From: an uncultured Acholeplasma sp.
GTDB lineage: Bacteria > Bacillota_I > Bacilli_A > Acholeplasmatales > Acholeplasmataceae
Length of the DNA: 41,829 nt
Direction of reading: 5' to 3'
NCBI GenBank assembly: GCA_964543675.1
Contig: CAZIZJ010000001.1
Coordinates: 1-41,829, forward strand
Shown one piece after another: positions 10,059-19,919 of this stretch (position 1 is its first letter; each line of letters begins with the position of its first letter). The notes beneath the pieces were generated by a model. It saw only the letters and a program-made list of their open reading frames with translations, did no database searches and had not been told where the DNA came from. Position numbers and translations under genes: made by a program.

Positions 10059-10778
10059 TTATTTTACTCGAATATACGCTACTTTATCTTCGTTTTTAAC
10101 TTCAAATTCTTTAAACGCTTTAAAGAAATTAAGTGCCTTTAATTTAGAGCCATAGTTAATTGGGTCAAACCCAGGATACTTCTTTCTTAACTGATTGGCA
10201 ACTGCACTCCAATAAGCCCAGCCATCATCTTCTAAATTATCATCAATGATTTTCTTTAAATCTTTAACAATCGTTTCAATCTTGGTAATTAAGGAACTGC
10301 CATTTAATTCTGCTTTACCTTTTCTTGGTTGTATTTCATCTAAGATTTTATCTAGATAATAAAATCTTTCATATGAGTTAACTAAAACCTCTGGTGTTTT
10401 AGATTCACCCATACCAATTAAATACATATCATCTTCTTTAAGCCTAATGATTAGTTTTGTAAAATCAGAATCAGATGATGCGATACAGAAGCCATTGACT
10501 TTGCCGGAATATAAAATATCCATGGCATCAATAACCAGTGTAAAATCAGAAACATCGCCTTTATTAGAAAGATTGGCATATTGCTGAACAAATGTTAAAC
10601 TGTATTTTTCGGCTTTTGATTTCCATGTCTTTAATCGTTCCTGTGACCAATCGCCATAAATTCTGGCATTGGTTATTTTTCCATGTTTGTTTGCCTCACC
10701 AATAATAATATCTAAATACATTGGCGAAATATTATCAGCATCAATTAATAACGCCAGTAAATAATCTCTTTCAGTCAT
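10059..10778 (-). CDS. NYN-domain (LabA/DUF88, PIN-fold) protein with C-terminal OST-HTH/LOTUS domain
   Basis: LIDADN, RIYGDW, LVIDAMD, SSDSDF motifs; C-terminal DDGWAY...FDPINYG. Confidence 0.9.
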   Translation of the reverse strand: MTERDYLLALLIDADNISPMYLDIIIGEANKHGKITNARIYGDWSQERLKTWKSKAEKYSLTFVQQYANLSNKGDVSDFTLVIDAMDILYSGKVNGFCIASSDSDFTKLIIRLKEDDMYLIGMGESKTPEVLVNSYERFYYLDKILDEIQPRKGKAELNGSSLITKIETIVKDLKKIIDDNLEDDGWAYWSAVANQLRKKYPGFDPINYGSKLKALNFFKAFKEFEVKNEDKVAYIRVK

Positions 10779-11644
10779 CGGTGTTCTCCTATGAAGAATA
10801 ATGCCAATACGCCTTGACCAGTATGTGAACCAATAACCGGACCAATCATATTGATGACCAATTCTTCTATCTCAAATTTTTCTTTAATCAAACTTGCAAG
10901 CGTGTTTGCTGCTTCTTCATCATTACCATGACCAATAAATACTGTTTGTTTGCCAGGTTTAGCTGTTTTTACCATTTCTTCAAACAATGCTTTAATCGCA
11001 CGTTTTCTACCAATTGCTTTATGTCTTGGAACTAATTTACCTTCATTGTTTGTATGAAGTACTGGTTTAATGTTTGCCAGTTTTGCCACAAAACCAGCAA
11101 CTTTAGATACTCTACCACCGCGAACTAAATGCCCTACATCATCGACTGTAAACCAGTGTGCAATTTGTGGAATAAGCTCCTCAGCATATTTAGCTGTTTC
11201 TTCAATTGATTTGCTGGTTGCTGCATATTTGGCAGTTAAGGAAACAAGCATACCTTCGCCTAATGAAGCTGATTTGGTATCAATCAATAAGATTGTGCGT
11301 TCTGGAAATTGTGTTCTTAAGTCTTCCACTGCAATTCTGGCGCTATTAAATGTGCCTGATAATGCGCTGGAAAAAGCCAAGATTAAGATATTCTTTCCTT
11401 CTTTTAGAACTGGTGTTAAGACATCAACATACTCCTCTGGATTGACTTGAGAAGTCGTTGGCTGCGCACCAGCACTGACGGCATCATAAAACACTTTTGG
11501 ATCTAACTCTCTGGCATCTAGGTAATTTGTATATGCTTTGCCATTCAAATTGAATTTGAGTGGTAAAACGATCAAACCCAAGTTCTTTGCCAAATCTGCA
11601 GGCAAATCGGTGGTTGAGTCTGTAACAATAACAAACTTACTCAT
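10775..11644 (-). CDS. DegV family fatty-acid-binding protein (FakB-like)
   Basis: TDSTTDLP, PTTSQV, SSALSGT, LVRGGR, IGSHTG motifs. Confidence 0.93.
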   Translation of the reverse strand: MSKFVIVTDSTTDLPADLAKNLGLIVLPLKFNLNGKAYTNYLDARELDPKVFYDAVSAGAQPTTSQVNPEEYVDVLTPVLKEGKNILILAFSSALSGTFNSARIAVEDLRTQFPERTILLIDTKSASLGEGMLVSLTAKYAATSKSIEETAKYAEELIPQIAHWFTVDDVGHLVRGGRVSKVAGFVAKLANIKPVLHTNNEGKLVPRHKAIGRKRAIKALFEEMVKTAKPGKQTVFIGHGNDEEAANTLASLIKEKFEIEELVINMIGPVIGSHTGQGVLALFFIGEHR

Positions 11645-12303
11645 AATGTAAACTCCTTCAATTTATTTTTATTAAATTTTTTCGATACTTTGTTTAACGC
11701 TTTTGAAATGTTTGGACATCTGTTTGTTGCATTATGGGTATCACTAGCAATTAAATCAACTAACCCTTCGTTAATCAGTTTCAATGCTGTCTTTTTTACT
11801 TTTGGACCATCTATGCCTAAAATAGCATCAGCATTGACCTGAATTAAAGAACCATCTTTTCTGATATTTCTAATATCGTCGATTGTGAGATATTCGTATC
11901 TTTCTGCATGCGCTAAAATCGGTTGAAATTCTTTCGTAACTAAATTGTACAAAACATCGACAATTGGTTCTACTCTTTTAACCGAAAATTCAATCAATAT
12001 ATAGTTTGTATTTTTGAAAACGTATTTACGATAATCGGTTTTCTCAAACGGATTATACTTTACTTCTGCACCGAGATACAAAGTCATTTCCGGCAAGTGC
12101 GTTTTTACGTATGCTTGAAAATCATTGAATCGATCTAAATATTCTTTTGAAGAAACTTTTTGCACACTGTTTTGAACATGTGGTGTTAAAACAACCTTAG
12201 TTATGCCTTGTTCTAACTCCATTTTTAGCATTGCTAATGCTTCTTCATTTGTTTTTGCCCCATCATCTACACCAGGCAATATATGCGTGTGCATATCAAT
12301 CAT
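11641..12303 (-). CDS. cpsB: PHP-family protein-tyrosine phosphatase (CpsB/CapC)
   Basis: MIDMHTHILPGVDDG, TPH, LAHAERY, ASDTH. Confidence 0.93.
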   Translation of the reverse strand: MIDMHTHILPGVDDGAKTNEEALAMLKMELEQGITKVVLTPHVQNSVQKVSSKEYLDRFNDFQAYVKTHLPEMTLYLGAEVKYNPFEKTDYRKYVFKNTNYILIEFSVKRVEPIVDVLYNLVTKEFQPILAHAERYEYLTIDDIRNIRKDGSLIQVNADAILGIDGPKVKKTALKLINEGLVDLIASDTHNATNRCPNISKALNKVSKKFNKNKLKEFTL

Positions 12304-12306
12304 TAA

Positions 12307-13059
12307 TTACTCACCTTGATCTTTTGCATCGGGTTTAGAGGTTGTGTAGCCGTAGCCATATCCATAAGTATATGAATAAAGCTCGTTTTCTTTAATATCG
12401 ACTTGGGTAAAGACAATACCAATAACATTGACTTTACTTTGTTTCAACGTATTGATTGCTTCATTAATAACTGCTTTTTTAGCTTCGTTTTGTGCAACAA
12501 CAAAAACAACACCATCTGCAAGTCTAGAAATGTATAAGGCATCAGATACTGCAATAATCGGTGGTGAATCTAAAATCACATAGTCAAATTCTTCTCTAAG
12601 TCTAGCAATCAAATCTTTGAGTTTCTGTGCTTCTAGGACGTTTACAACAGCTGTTGTTCTTTCACCAGAAACGATATAGTGGATATTTAGTTTTTCAGAA
12701 TAGTTAACCAATTCTTTATACTCGATTTTGCCTGCAAGATAATCAGTAACACCATTTTCGTTTGGTGCTTTAAAAACGCGATTGATTTTAGGTTTTCTCA
12801 AGTCTAAATCGACAACAACGACTTTTTTACCTTTTTTACCAATTAAGTAGGCAATGTTTGAAACAAACGTTGTTTTTCCAGAACCAGCAAGTGACGAAGT
12901 GAATTCAATGACTTTAAAATTGCCGTCAATATTGACATATTCAAGGTTAACCAATGACTTTTGAAATGCTTCAGCAACATAAGAAAGTGGTTGCTCGTGA
13001 GAAATAACATAATCGTATTCTGCAGTACGTTCTTTTTGAAATAGTTTGCGTCTTCTCAT
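12307..13059 (-). CDS. cpsD: BY-kinase (CpsD/CapB tyrosine kinase)
   Basis: Walker A GSGKTT, DLDLRKP, ILDSPP; C-terminal tyrosine cluster YSYTYGYGYGY. Confidence 0.93.
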   Translation of the reverse strand: MRRRKLFQKERTAEYDYVISHEQPLSYVAEAFQKSLVNLEYVNIDGNFKVIEFTSSLAGSGKTTFVSNIAYLIGKKGKKVVVVDLDLRKPKINRVFKAPNENGVTDYLAGKIEYKELVNYSEKLNIHYIVSGERTTAVVNVLEAQKLKDLIARLREEFDYVILDSPPIIAVSDALYISRLADGVVFVVAQNEAKKAVINEAINTLKQSKVNVIGIVFTQVDIKENELYSYTYGYGYGYTTSKPDAKDQGE

Positions 13060-13793
13060 TATCGTTTTCTCTCCTTAACTTCAAATTCCGGAATGACACC
13101 AATGACTTGAATGCCAGTACCTGCCTCCAACTGTTCTTTTGTCATATAGGCATTATTGAATAACTGTTTAGTAAGTGCCAAGACAACACCAAATACCGCA
13201 CCACCAATCGCACCAACAATAATGAAAAGAATTTTATTTGGCGAATCATCTTCAGGAATGCCTGCTTCTGATAATTCAACAAATTTGTTTTTAAATAATT
13301 CGACATCAGTTGAAATGACTACAGCAGTGACTGCAGCAGCCATCACTTGTGCAAAGTCTTCATTCGTTGATGTGAAACTGATGCGAATGATAAATGAGGT
13401 GTTGGTTGATGCCACAGAAATGCCACTTTTGATTTGTCTGTTTGACATCTTGTTTAATAGTGTTACATGTTCTGGGTCAGTAATTAAACCAGATATTCTG
13501 ACATTATTCACGATGTTATCGCTTTTTACAAATTCAGTCGCCGATTGAATCAATCTTTGTGTATCTAGAAAATTTACACCACCATCTTCTCCCCCAGATG
13601 ATAATGGAACTTGAACTAAAACCTCACTTGTTGATTTGTATTGATCTGGTACAAATGTAAAGACAAAGATTGCAGCGCCAATTGCTGCAATTAATGTAAA
13701 TATCGTAATCAATATCCAGTTAACTCTGATGATTCTAAATGCGTCGGATAAATTGATACCCGACTCTTCTTGATTTTGTTGTTCAAAATCCAT
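13059..13793 (-). CDS. cpsC: Polysaccharide co-polymerase / BY-kinase activator (CpsC/CapA, Wzz family)
   Basis: Two TM helices, SPNK before TM2, C-terminal activator tail VIGVIPEF; TAATG overlap with cpsD. Confidence 0.88.
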   Translation of the reverse strand: MDFEQQNQEESGINLSDAFRIIRVNWILITIFTLIAAIGAAIFVFTFVPDQYKSTSEVLVQVPLSSGGEDGGVNFLDTQRLIQSATEFVKSDNIVNNVRISGLITDPEHVTLLNKMSNRQIKSGISVASTNTSFIIRISFTSTNEDFAQVMAAAVTAVVISTDVELFKNKFVELSEAGIPEDDSPNKILFIIVGAIGGAVFGVVLALTKQLFNNAYMTKEQLEAGTGIQVIGVIPEFEVKERKR

Positions 13794-13830
13794 AACCTAT
13801 CTCCTTTGGTAGTGCATAATCGTTAAATTT

Positions 13831-13839
13831 ATTATAACA
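13831..13839 (-). promoter_or_regulatory. Extended -10 promoter for the cpsC operon
   Basis: TGTTATAAT on the minus strand, upstream of SD AAGGAG and ATG 13793. Confidence 0.55.
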
Positions 13840-13849
13840 TATTGTTATA

Positions 13850-15598
13850 TTAAAGGCTAAATAATTCAATTACCTCATCAATATCCTTTTTGATCATCTC
13901 TAGTGAGTCAATCCAAAAGGCTTTATCTGTGATGTCTATGCCCATTGATTTGGCAACAACCTCAGCATCTTCTTTTGTTGTTAATGCAAGTAAGTCATCG
14001 TAACTCTTTAAGAACTTTTCTTTGTCTTTAAGGTACTGTGCATACAGTCCTTTGCCAAACAACAATCCAAATGCATATGGGAAGTTATAGAAGTTTAAAC
14101 CGGCACTATAATAATGTCCTTTAACTAACCACATATATGGATGTAATTGTTCATGATCTAAACCATCCGTATATGCTTCTTTTTGTGCAGTTAGCATCCA
14201 TGCTTTCATTTCGTTTTTAGATATTGGTCGGTTGGCAGATTCCAATACTTTCGTTTCAAATGCGTATCTTGATAAGATATCGATGATTACCTGAGTATCG
14301 CCTTGCAGACCAATTTCTAAAATAGACAATCTATCTTTTGGTTCAGTAAATTGCGTTAATAAATACTCGTTCATGACTGTCTCACAGAAGATACTTGCAG
14401 TTTCTGCCAAAGGCATTGGATAACTCCAATGCAGCGGTTTATTGTGTTTAATAATATCACCGTGATAGCCATGACCCAGTTCATGTGCAAGTGTTGAAAT
14501 ACTATCAAGTGCACCAGTAAAGTTCAGCATGATTCGTGACTGCCCAAGTTGTGGCTGATTTGAACAAAAAGCACCGCCTCTTTTACCTTTTTTAGGGTAG
14601 ACATCAATCCAATCATTATCAAACGTGCGTTTAGCAAAACCACCTAGTTTTTCTGAGTAAGAATTAAATGCCTTTAAAACCATGTCTTGTGCTTCTTCAT
14701 AAGTATATGTTTTGTTTAGTTTTCCTACTGGGGCAAACATATCATACCAAGGCAATCCATTTTTGTGTCCTAAATATTTCGCCTTCGCTTTTAGGTATCT
14801 TGCAAAATGCGGTCGGTATTCCTTCATTGCTTCAATCATTGCATTTAATGTTTCCTTCTTTAAACGCGATTGAACAAGTGTTTTATCAAGCGCTGACTCA
14901 TAACCACGAAGTTCCATCATGGTATTGACTTCACGCTTGATATTGGTTAATGCAAGGGCAACAAAATCATCAACCTTTTCATATGCTGACAATTCTTTTT
15001 CATATGCTTCTTTTCTAAGTTTTTGATCGTGGTCATACGCTAAATTTCTGACCTCAGAAAATGAAAGTTCTTTACCGGCAACCTCAATCATTAAATTTGC
15101 AGTCGCTAGATTTTGAATTTGTCCCCATGAACGAGATGACAATTCTGATAGTTTCGCATAAAGCACTTCTTCTTGTTCAGAGAGTAAATGCGTTGCTTCT
15201 TGCTGACTTCTTTTAAGACCCGTCAAATAATGCTTAATCTGTTCAGATTCTTTTGCCAGTTCATCTAAGTTGACGGTTGCCAAATATCTGTCGTATTTCA
15301 CAGATGGTGCCGTTAATGCTCTCATGATAGCAGAGAGCTTTGACATATATCCAAGCGCTTCATTGTTGGTTACATCAGTTGCAGAGGTTAGACTGGCAAA
15401 TGACATCAGTGTTCTAAATAATACTGTAATTTCTTCATCAAACTTTAATGCGCCTTCAATATATGCCTTATCTGTTCCTTTTTTCTCATTTAAAAATAAA
15501 ACATAGTCATTAACCAGTTCAGTTAATTTTTGAATATCAGATTGATATTTTTCATCAAATCCTAAATATAAATCATTTAAATTCCAAGTTGTTCCCAT
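13850..15598 (-). CDS. pepF: M3B oligoendopeptidase F
   Basis: N-terminal WNLNDLY, GKRGGAFC, HELGH (HExxH), AETASIF, FYNFPYAFG. Confidence 0.9.
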   Translation of the reverse strand: MGTTWNLNDLYLGFDEKYQSDIQKLTELVNDYVLFLNEKKGTDKAYIEGALKFDEEITVLFRTLMSFASLTSATDVTNNEALGYMSKLSAIMRALTAPSVKYDRYLATVNLDELAKESEQIKHYLTGLKRSQQEATHLLSEQEEVLYAKLSELSSRSWGQIQNLATANLMIEVAGKELSFSEVRNLAYDHDQKLRKEAYEKELSAYEKVDDFVALALTNIKREVNTMMELRGYESALDKTLVQSRLKKETLNAMIEAMKEYRPHFARYLKAKAKYLGHKNGLPWYDMFAPVGKLNKTYTYEEAQDMVLKAFNSYSEKLGGFAKRTFDNDWIDVYPKKGKRGGAFCSNQPQLGQSRIMLNFTGALDSISTLAHELGHGYHGDIIKHNKPLHWSYPMPLAETASIFCETVMNEYLLTQFTEPKDRLSILEIGLQGDTQVIIDILSRYAFETKVLESANRPISKNEMKAWMLTAQKEAYTDGLDHEQLHPYMWLVKGHYYSAGLNFYNFPYAFGLLFGKGLYAQYLKDKEKFLKSYDDLLALTTKEDAEVVAKSMGIDITDKAFWIDSLEMIKKDIDEVIELFSL

Positions 15599-15599
15599 C

Positions 15600-17555
15600 T
15601 TAATTACCTGCTTTCAGTTCAAATATTAAATCTCTAATTTCCATTGCTTTTTCAAAATCTAAATCTTTTGCTGCCTGCTTCATTAATACTTCTAATCGCT
15701 TAATCTCTTTTTCTGCTTCTTTCTTAGAAAGCTGCAGGAGTTTACCATCATTATCAATAACCTCGCCTTTAATCGAGATGTTATCTCTAATGTCTTTGAC
15801 TACCTGGTAAGGTTCAGTACCATACTTGTCATTAAATGCTTGCTGGATGGTTCGGCGCCTATTTGTTTCATCAATCGCTAGTTGCATTGCATCTGATATT
15901 TTATCGGCATACATGATGACTTTACCATTTAAGTTTCTAGCTGCTCTACCCATTGTCTGAATTAATGATCTTTCGCTGCGCAAGAATCCTTGTTTATCAG
16001 CGTCAAGAATTGCAACCAAACTAACCTCCGGTAAATCAAGTCCTTCCCTAAGTAAGTTAATACCGACTAATACATCATATTTACCTAATCTTAAATCCCT
16101 TAGGATTGCTGTTCTTTGTAGCGCTTTAACCTCACTATGAAGATATGCAACCTTTAAACCTAACTCTTTAAAGTGTGTCGTTAAATCTTCACTCATGCGA
16201 ATGGTTAAGGTCGTAACCAACGTTCTTTCATTTGCTTCAATCCGCTTTTTAATCTCAAAGAACAAATCATCAATTTGACCCATTGATTTCCTGATTTCAA
16301 TTTCTGGATCCAACAAATATGTTGGTCTGATGATTTGTTGAATAACTGGTAAATTACGCTCTAATTCATATGGTCCAGGCGTTGCTGATAAATAAATTAT
16401 TTTATCGCGTCTTTTTTCAAATTCGTCAAACTTAAGTGGCCTATTATCTAGTGCCGAAGGTAATCTGAAACCGTAGTTGACTAAATTTTCTTTTCTGGAT
16501 CTATCACCAAAGTACATCCCTTTAACTTGAGGAATTGTTGCATGTGATTCATCAACAATCAGTAAATAGTCATCACCGAAGAAATCCATTAGGGTCGCCG
16601 GTGTCTCACCGGCATCCCTTAATGAAATATGTCTTGAATAGTTTTCAATGCCAGAGGTAAATCCAATTTCTTCTAGCATTTCAATATCGTATTTCGTACG
16701 CATTTCAATGCGTTGTGCTTCTAAGAGTTGATTTTGGGATTGAAAGTGATGGATTTGTTCCTGAAGTTCATTTTTAATTCTTCTAATACTCTCCTTCATC
16801 TTTTCTGGGTTTGCCATAAAGAGCGTTGCCGGGAAAATGGTAGTGAACGTTTGTCTTTCTTTGGATATGCCAGTTAAGACATCAAAAATAACAATCTCTT
16901 CAATCTCATCACCAAAGAATGTTACGCGAATACCGCTTTCTCTTTCATTCGAAGGAATGATTTCAACAGAGTCCCCTCTGACTCTAAAAGTTCCACGATG
17001 AAAATCAATATCATTTCTTTGATATTGAAGTTCAACGAGTTTATTTAGTAGTGTGTTTCTGCCATATTCTTCGCCAACTCTTAAAAAGATAGTGGCGTTT
17101 TTATAATCATCAGGATCCCCAATACCATAGATACATGAAACGGAGGCAACAACAATGACATCTTCTCTTGAAAGAAGCGATGCCACTGCACTATGTCTTA
17201 ATTCATCGATTTCATCATTGATTGATGAATCCTTTTCAATATAGGTATCACTAGATACAACATAAGCTTCTGGTTGATAGTAATCATAGTAAGAAATGAA
17301 AAATTCAACTCTATTTTCTGGGAAAAATGATTTTAACTCTCCGTAAAGTTGACCAGCAAGTGTTTTATTATGTGCTAAAACTAAAGTCTTTTTACCGAGG
17401 GTTGCAATCATATGTGCCATAGTAAAAGTCTTACCAGTACCAGTTGCACCAAGTAAAATTTGTTCCTTCTTGCCTTTAATAAAGTTTTCCTTTAGTTCTT
17501 CAATGGCAGTAATCTGATCGCCTTTGGGTTCATATGGTGCGACTAATTTAAACAT
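15600..17555 (-). CDS. uvrB: Excinuclease ABC subunit B
   Basis: [24 protein letters not shown] beta-hairpin, DESH, GRAARN, C-terminal UVR domain. Confidence 0.98.
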   Translation of the reverse strand: MFKLVAPYEPKGDQITAIEELKENFIKGKKEQILLGATGTGKTFTMAHMIATLGKKTLVLAHNKTLAGQLYGELKSFFPENRVEFFISYYDYYQPEAYVVSSDTYIEKDSSINDEIDELRHSAVASLLSREDVIVVASVSCIYGIGDPDDYKNATIFLRVGEEYGRNTLLNKLVELQYQRNDIDFHRGTFRVRGDSVEIIPSNERESGIRVTFFGDEIEEIVIFDVLTGISKERQTFTTIFPATLFMANPEKMKESIRRIKNELQEQIHHFQSQNQLLEAQRIEMRTKYDIEMLEEIGFTSGIENYSRHISLRDAGETPATLMDFFGDDYLLIVDESHATIPQVKGMYFGDRSRKENLVNYGFRLPSALDNRPLKFDEFEKRRDKIIYLSATPGPYELERNLPVIQQIIRPTYLLDPEIEIRKSMGQIDDLFFEIKKRIEANERTLVTTLTIRMSEDLTTHFKELGLKVAYLHSEVKALQRTAILRDLRLGKYDVLVGINLLREGLDLPEVSLVAILDADKQGFLRSERSLIQTMGRAARNLNGKVIMYADKISDAMQLAIDETNRRRTIQQAFNDKYGTEPYQVVKDIRDNISIKGEVIDNDGKLLQLSKKEAEKEIKRLEVLMKQAAKDLDFEKAMEIRDLIFELKAGN

Positions 17556-17605
17556 TTGGCGTGCTCCTTACTTTTCGTGCTTTTCATATCTATACTTAGA
17601 TTAAC

Positions 17606-18469
17606 CTATAATGTCTTCAAATTAATCGTAATGCTTTGAAAGAATTCTTTACTCCATAGATTTAATGCTTTTAAATCCTTAATAAATGGTGTTACATCAC
17701 TTATGGCTTCTTTATAATCAATTCTCCCAAATCGTTCAAATAAAATTCGAATGAGGCTTTCTTTGGTCAATTCAAATTCGCTATCAATGAAACCAGATTG
17801 AACTAACCTTGATTTTAAATGCTCTAAATTAACAGCGGTACCCTTTGATAAGTAAAATACATAATCGTATAAATCTCTACCCTTTACTCTATGCTTCCAA
17901 GTTCTACAAATCACCGCATGTATTTTACCGGCAAATAATGATGGCATATCATACATTCTTACTTGATATGGATACGGCAGCAACCCAAACTTGTATTCTG
18001 TTGTGGCAAATGCCGGTGGATTGATATCAATTTCAAACTTTATTTTAATTGCTTCGTTATGAACAATTTTATTGTATGCATCATCTTTTGGAAAAAAGTG
18101 TAAGAAATGTTCTTTAGTGTTTCCTTTAATAAATGCTGATTTTATATTAGAATCAATCACCTTTTCTTTTGTTTCTATTGATAGATTTAGTCCTAACGCA
18201 TTCACTTCATTATGAAGTGCTGGTAAATACTTATCTAGATTAAAATCTGGATCACTTTCCATCAAAGTAAAGTCTAAATCTTCTGAAAATCTATCTAGTC
18301 CATGAAAAATACGTAATGCCGTCCCACCATAAAATGATGCTACTTTAAAAAAATCTGTTCTTGCAAATCCAGATAATACAATTTCTTGAATAACTTCTTT
18401 AATAGCATTCTTTTTATCTTCAATTGAATTGGTTTCATACTTTTCAAGCATTTGTTCAATGACTTTCAT
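17606..18469 (-). CDS. abiEii: Type IV TA toxin, AbiEii/AbiGii nucleotidyltransferase
   Basis: FYGGTALR, RFSEDLDF, KIHA, KGRDLYD motifs; ATGA overlap with the upstream antitoxin gene. Confidence 0.9.
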   Translation of the reverse strand: MKVIEQMLEKYETNSIEDKKNAIKEVIQEIVLSGFARTDFFKVASFYGGTALRIFHGLDRFSEDLDFTLMESDPDFNLDKYLPALHNEVNALGLNLSIETKEKVIDSNIKSAFIKGNTKEHFLHFFPKDDAYNKIVHNEAIKIKFEIDINPPAFATTEYKFGLLPYPYQVRMYDMPSLFAGKIHAVICRTWKHRVKGRDLYDYVFYLSKGTAVNLEHLKSRLVQSGFIDSEFELTKESLIRILFERFGRIDYKEAISDVTPFIKDLKALNLWSKEFFQSITINLKTL

Positions 18470-19056
18470 GATTTTCCTTTCTGCTTTATTAAATTTACCA
18501 GTAATCTAAGATTCTTTGATTTATACTTGGTTGCAAGAAACACTAATCTTTCTTTGTTTAGATGATTAAAATCATCTTCATTAATCCTTAAATCTTCAAA
18601 TAACATGATTTTTAATTCCTTTAGATTGTTTAAAGGTTTTAAACTATACAATTTATCACAGAGCGCTTTTTCTTTGGATGCAATATGATATACATAACCA
18701 TCTTCTTCAATGACATTAATATCATATGGAAATACCTCTTTTGGTACATCTCTGTATATAAAGGTTCCAAAACGGGTCACATATGTTTTTGATTTTCTTT
18801 TATTGTAGGTTGCAGAAATATATGTATAAACTGCTTCTGGTATTAAATTATAATACGCTAAAGCATAATCAAAAGATAAGTAAGATGGTCCATAAATTAA
18901 GATTGCCAAATAATATCCTGGTGTATTTTTGTCAGTCTCATATAAACCTTTGATGATTGGGATATATTTGCCGTCTTTAACCATTCTACTTATTTTGCCA
19001 TTCACATGTGCATAGTTCTTATATTCATCTTGAAGTTGATCAATTGTTTTTATCAT
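18466..19056 (-). CDS. abiEi: Type IV TA antitoxin AbiEi
   Basis: KISRMVKDG..IIKGLY winged-HTH region, PSYLSFDYALAYYNLIPE, ASKEKALCD. Start moved to ATG 19056 (SD GGAG). Confidence 0.85.
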   Translation of the reverse strand: MIKTIDQLQDEYKNYAHVNGKISRMVKDGKYIPIIKGLYETDKNTPGYYLAILIYGPSYLSFDYALAYYNLIPEAVYTYISATYNKRKSKTYVTRFGTFIYRDVPKEVFPYDINVIEEDGYVYHIASKEKALCDKLYSLKPLNNLKELKIMLFEDLRINEDDFNHLNKERLVFLATKYKSKNLRLLVNLIKQKGKS

Positions 19057-19059
19057 CTT

Positions 19060-19107
19060 ATTTGCTCCATATAATTGTATTATATAACATTTATTGGAGC
19101 AAATCAA
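19060..19107 (-). promoter_or_regulatory. abiE promoter with inverted-repeat operator
   Basis: -35 TTGATT (19102-19107), 17-nt spacer, -10 TATAAT (19079-19084); perfect 10-bp IR ATTTGCTCCA (19060-19069)/TGGAGCAAAT (19095-19104). Confidence 0.75.
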
Positions 19108-19125
19108 CTAAAATAGTACTGGATT

Positions 19126-19821
19126 TCAACTTAAACACAACACTTTATTTCTTAATATCTCTCTAATTACACTTGAATAAATTTGATATCCATTCTTATT
19201 CAAGTGGATGCCATCTGCAGTATATGTTTCTTCCAAGAAACCATTTTTGTCTAATAAATCATTAAACTGATTAATAAATATTACACTATGATTATCACAT
19301 AGTTCTTTAACTTTAGTGTTTATTTCTTTGTTTTGCCCGTTAGTTCTACCAGCAACATAGATTTTCTTATAAAGTTTATGTGCCTCACTGATGACTGGTG
19401 TGGTTGACAAATAGTAAATGGTTGTAAAAGGGAATTTTTCATTAATCTTATCAAACACTTTTTTTATATTTAATACGATTTCATCAACAGATGATTCTAA
19501 TAGAACTAAATCATTTGAGCCAATTGAAATAAAGAGTTCTCTCGGATTTAGTTCATCTAATATATCATCAAATGCATCTAAAAGTGATTTGGTGGTTGCC
19601 CCTGCAACACCACGGTTGATGGCATTTGCTTCTGGTAAATAGGTCTTTATATCTAAATACTCAATCATCGAATCCCCTGCAAAAACAATCAACCCTTGAG
19701 CCGTTGATTTATTTTCTATTTTATATTTTTCAATGGTTTTTTTAGATAACTTAGCTATCATTTCTTTTAAGCCAAGCAGTTCCTGATAACTTAACTTCAT
19801 GTCTTCATACACTACTCTCAT
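19126..19821 (-). CDS. GDSL/SGNH hydrolase (esterase/acetylhydrolase)
   Basis: FAGDSM, NRGVAG, IGSND, DGIHL blocks. Confidence 0.9.
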   Translation of the reverse strand: MRVVYEDMKLSYQELLGLKEMIAKLSKKTIEKYKIENKSTAQGLIVFAGDSMIEYLDIKTYLPEANAINRGVAGATTKSLLDAFDDILDELNPRELFISIGSNDLVLLESSVDEIVLNIKKVFDKINEKFPFTTIYYLSTTPVISEAHKLYKKIYVAGRTNGQNKEINTKVKELCDNHSVIFINQFNDLLDKNGFLEETYTADGIHLNKNGYQIYSSVIREILRNKVLCLS

Positions 19822-19832
19822 ATATTAAAATA

Positions 19833-19888
19833 ATTATAACATGATATATATCAATAGATATATTTAGCGTTTATGAATATGTTATAAT
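19833..19888. promoter_or_regulatory. Back-to-back extended -10 promoters
   Basis: TGTTATAAT on the minus strand at 19833-19841 and on the plus strand at 19880-19888. Confidence 0.6.
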
Positions 19889-19919
19889 ATACCTATGCCA
19901 AAAGAAGGAGGATAAACTT

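Noticed and set aside
17556..17605. LexA/SOS box before uvrB
   Set aside because: No GAAC-N4-GTTC motif present.
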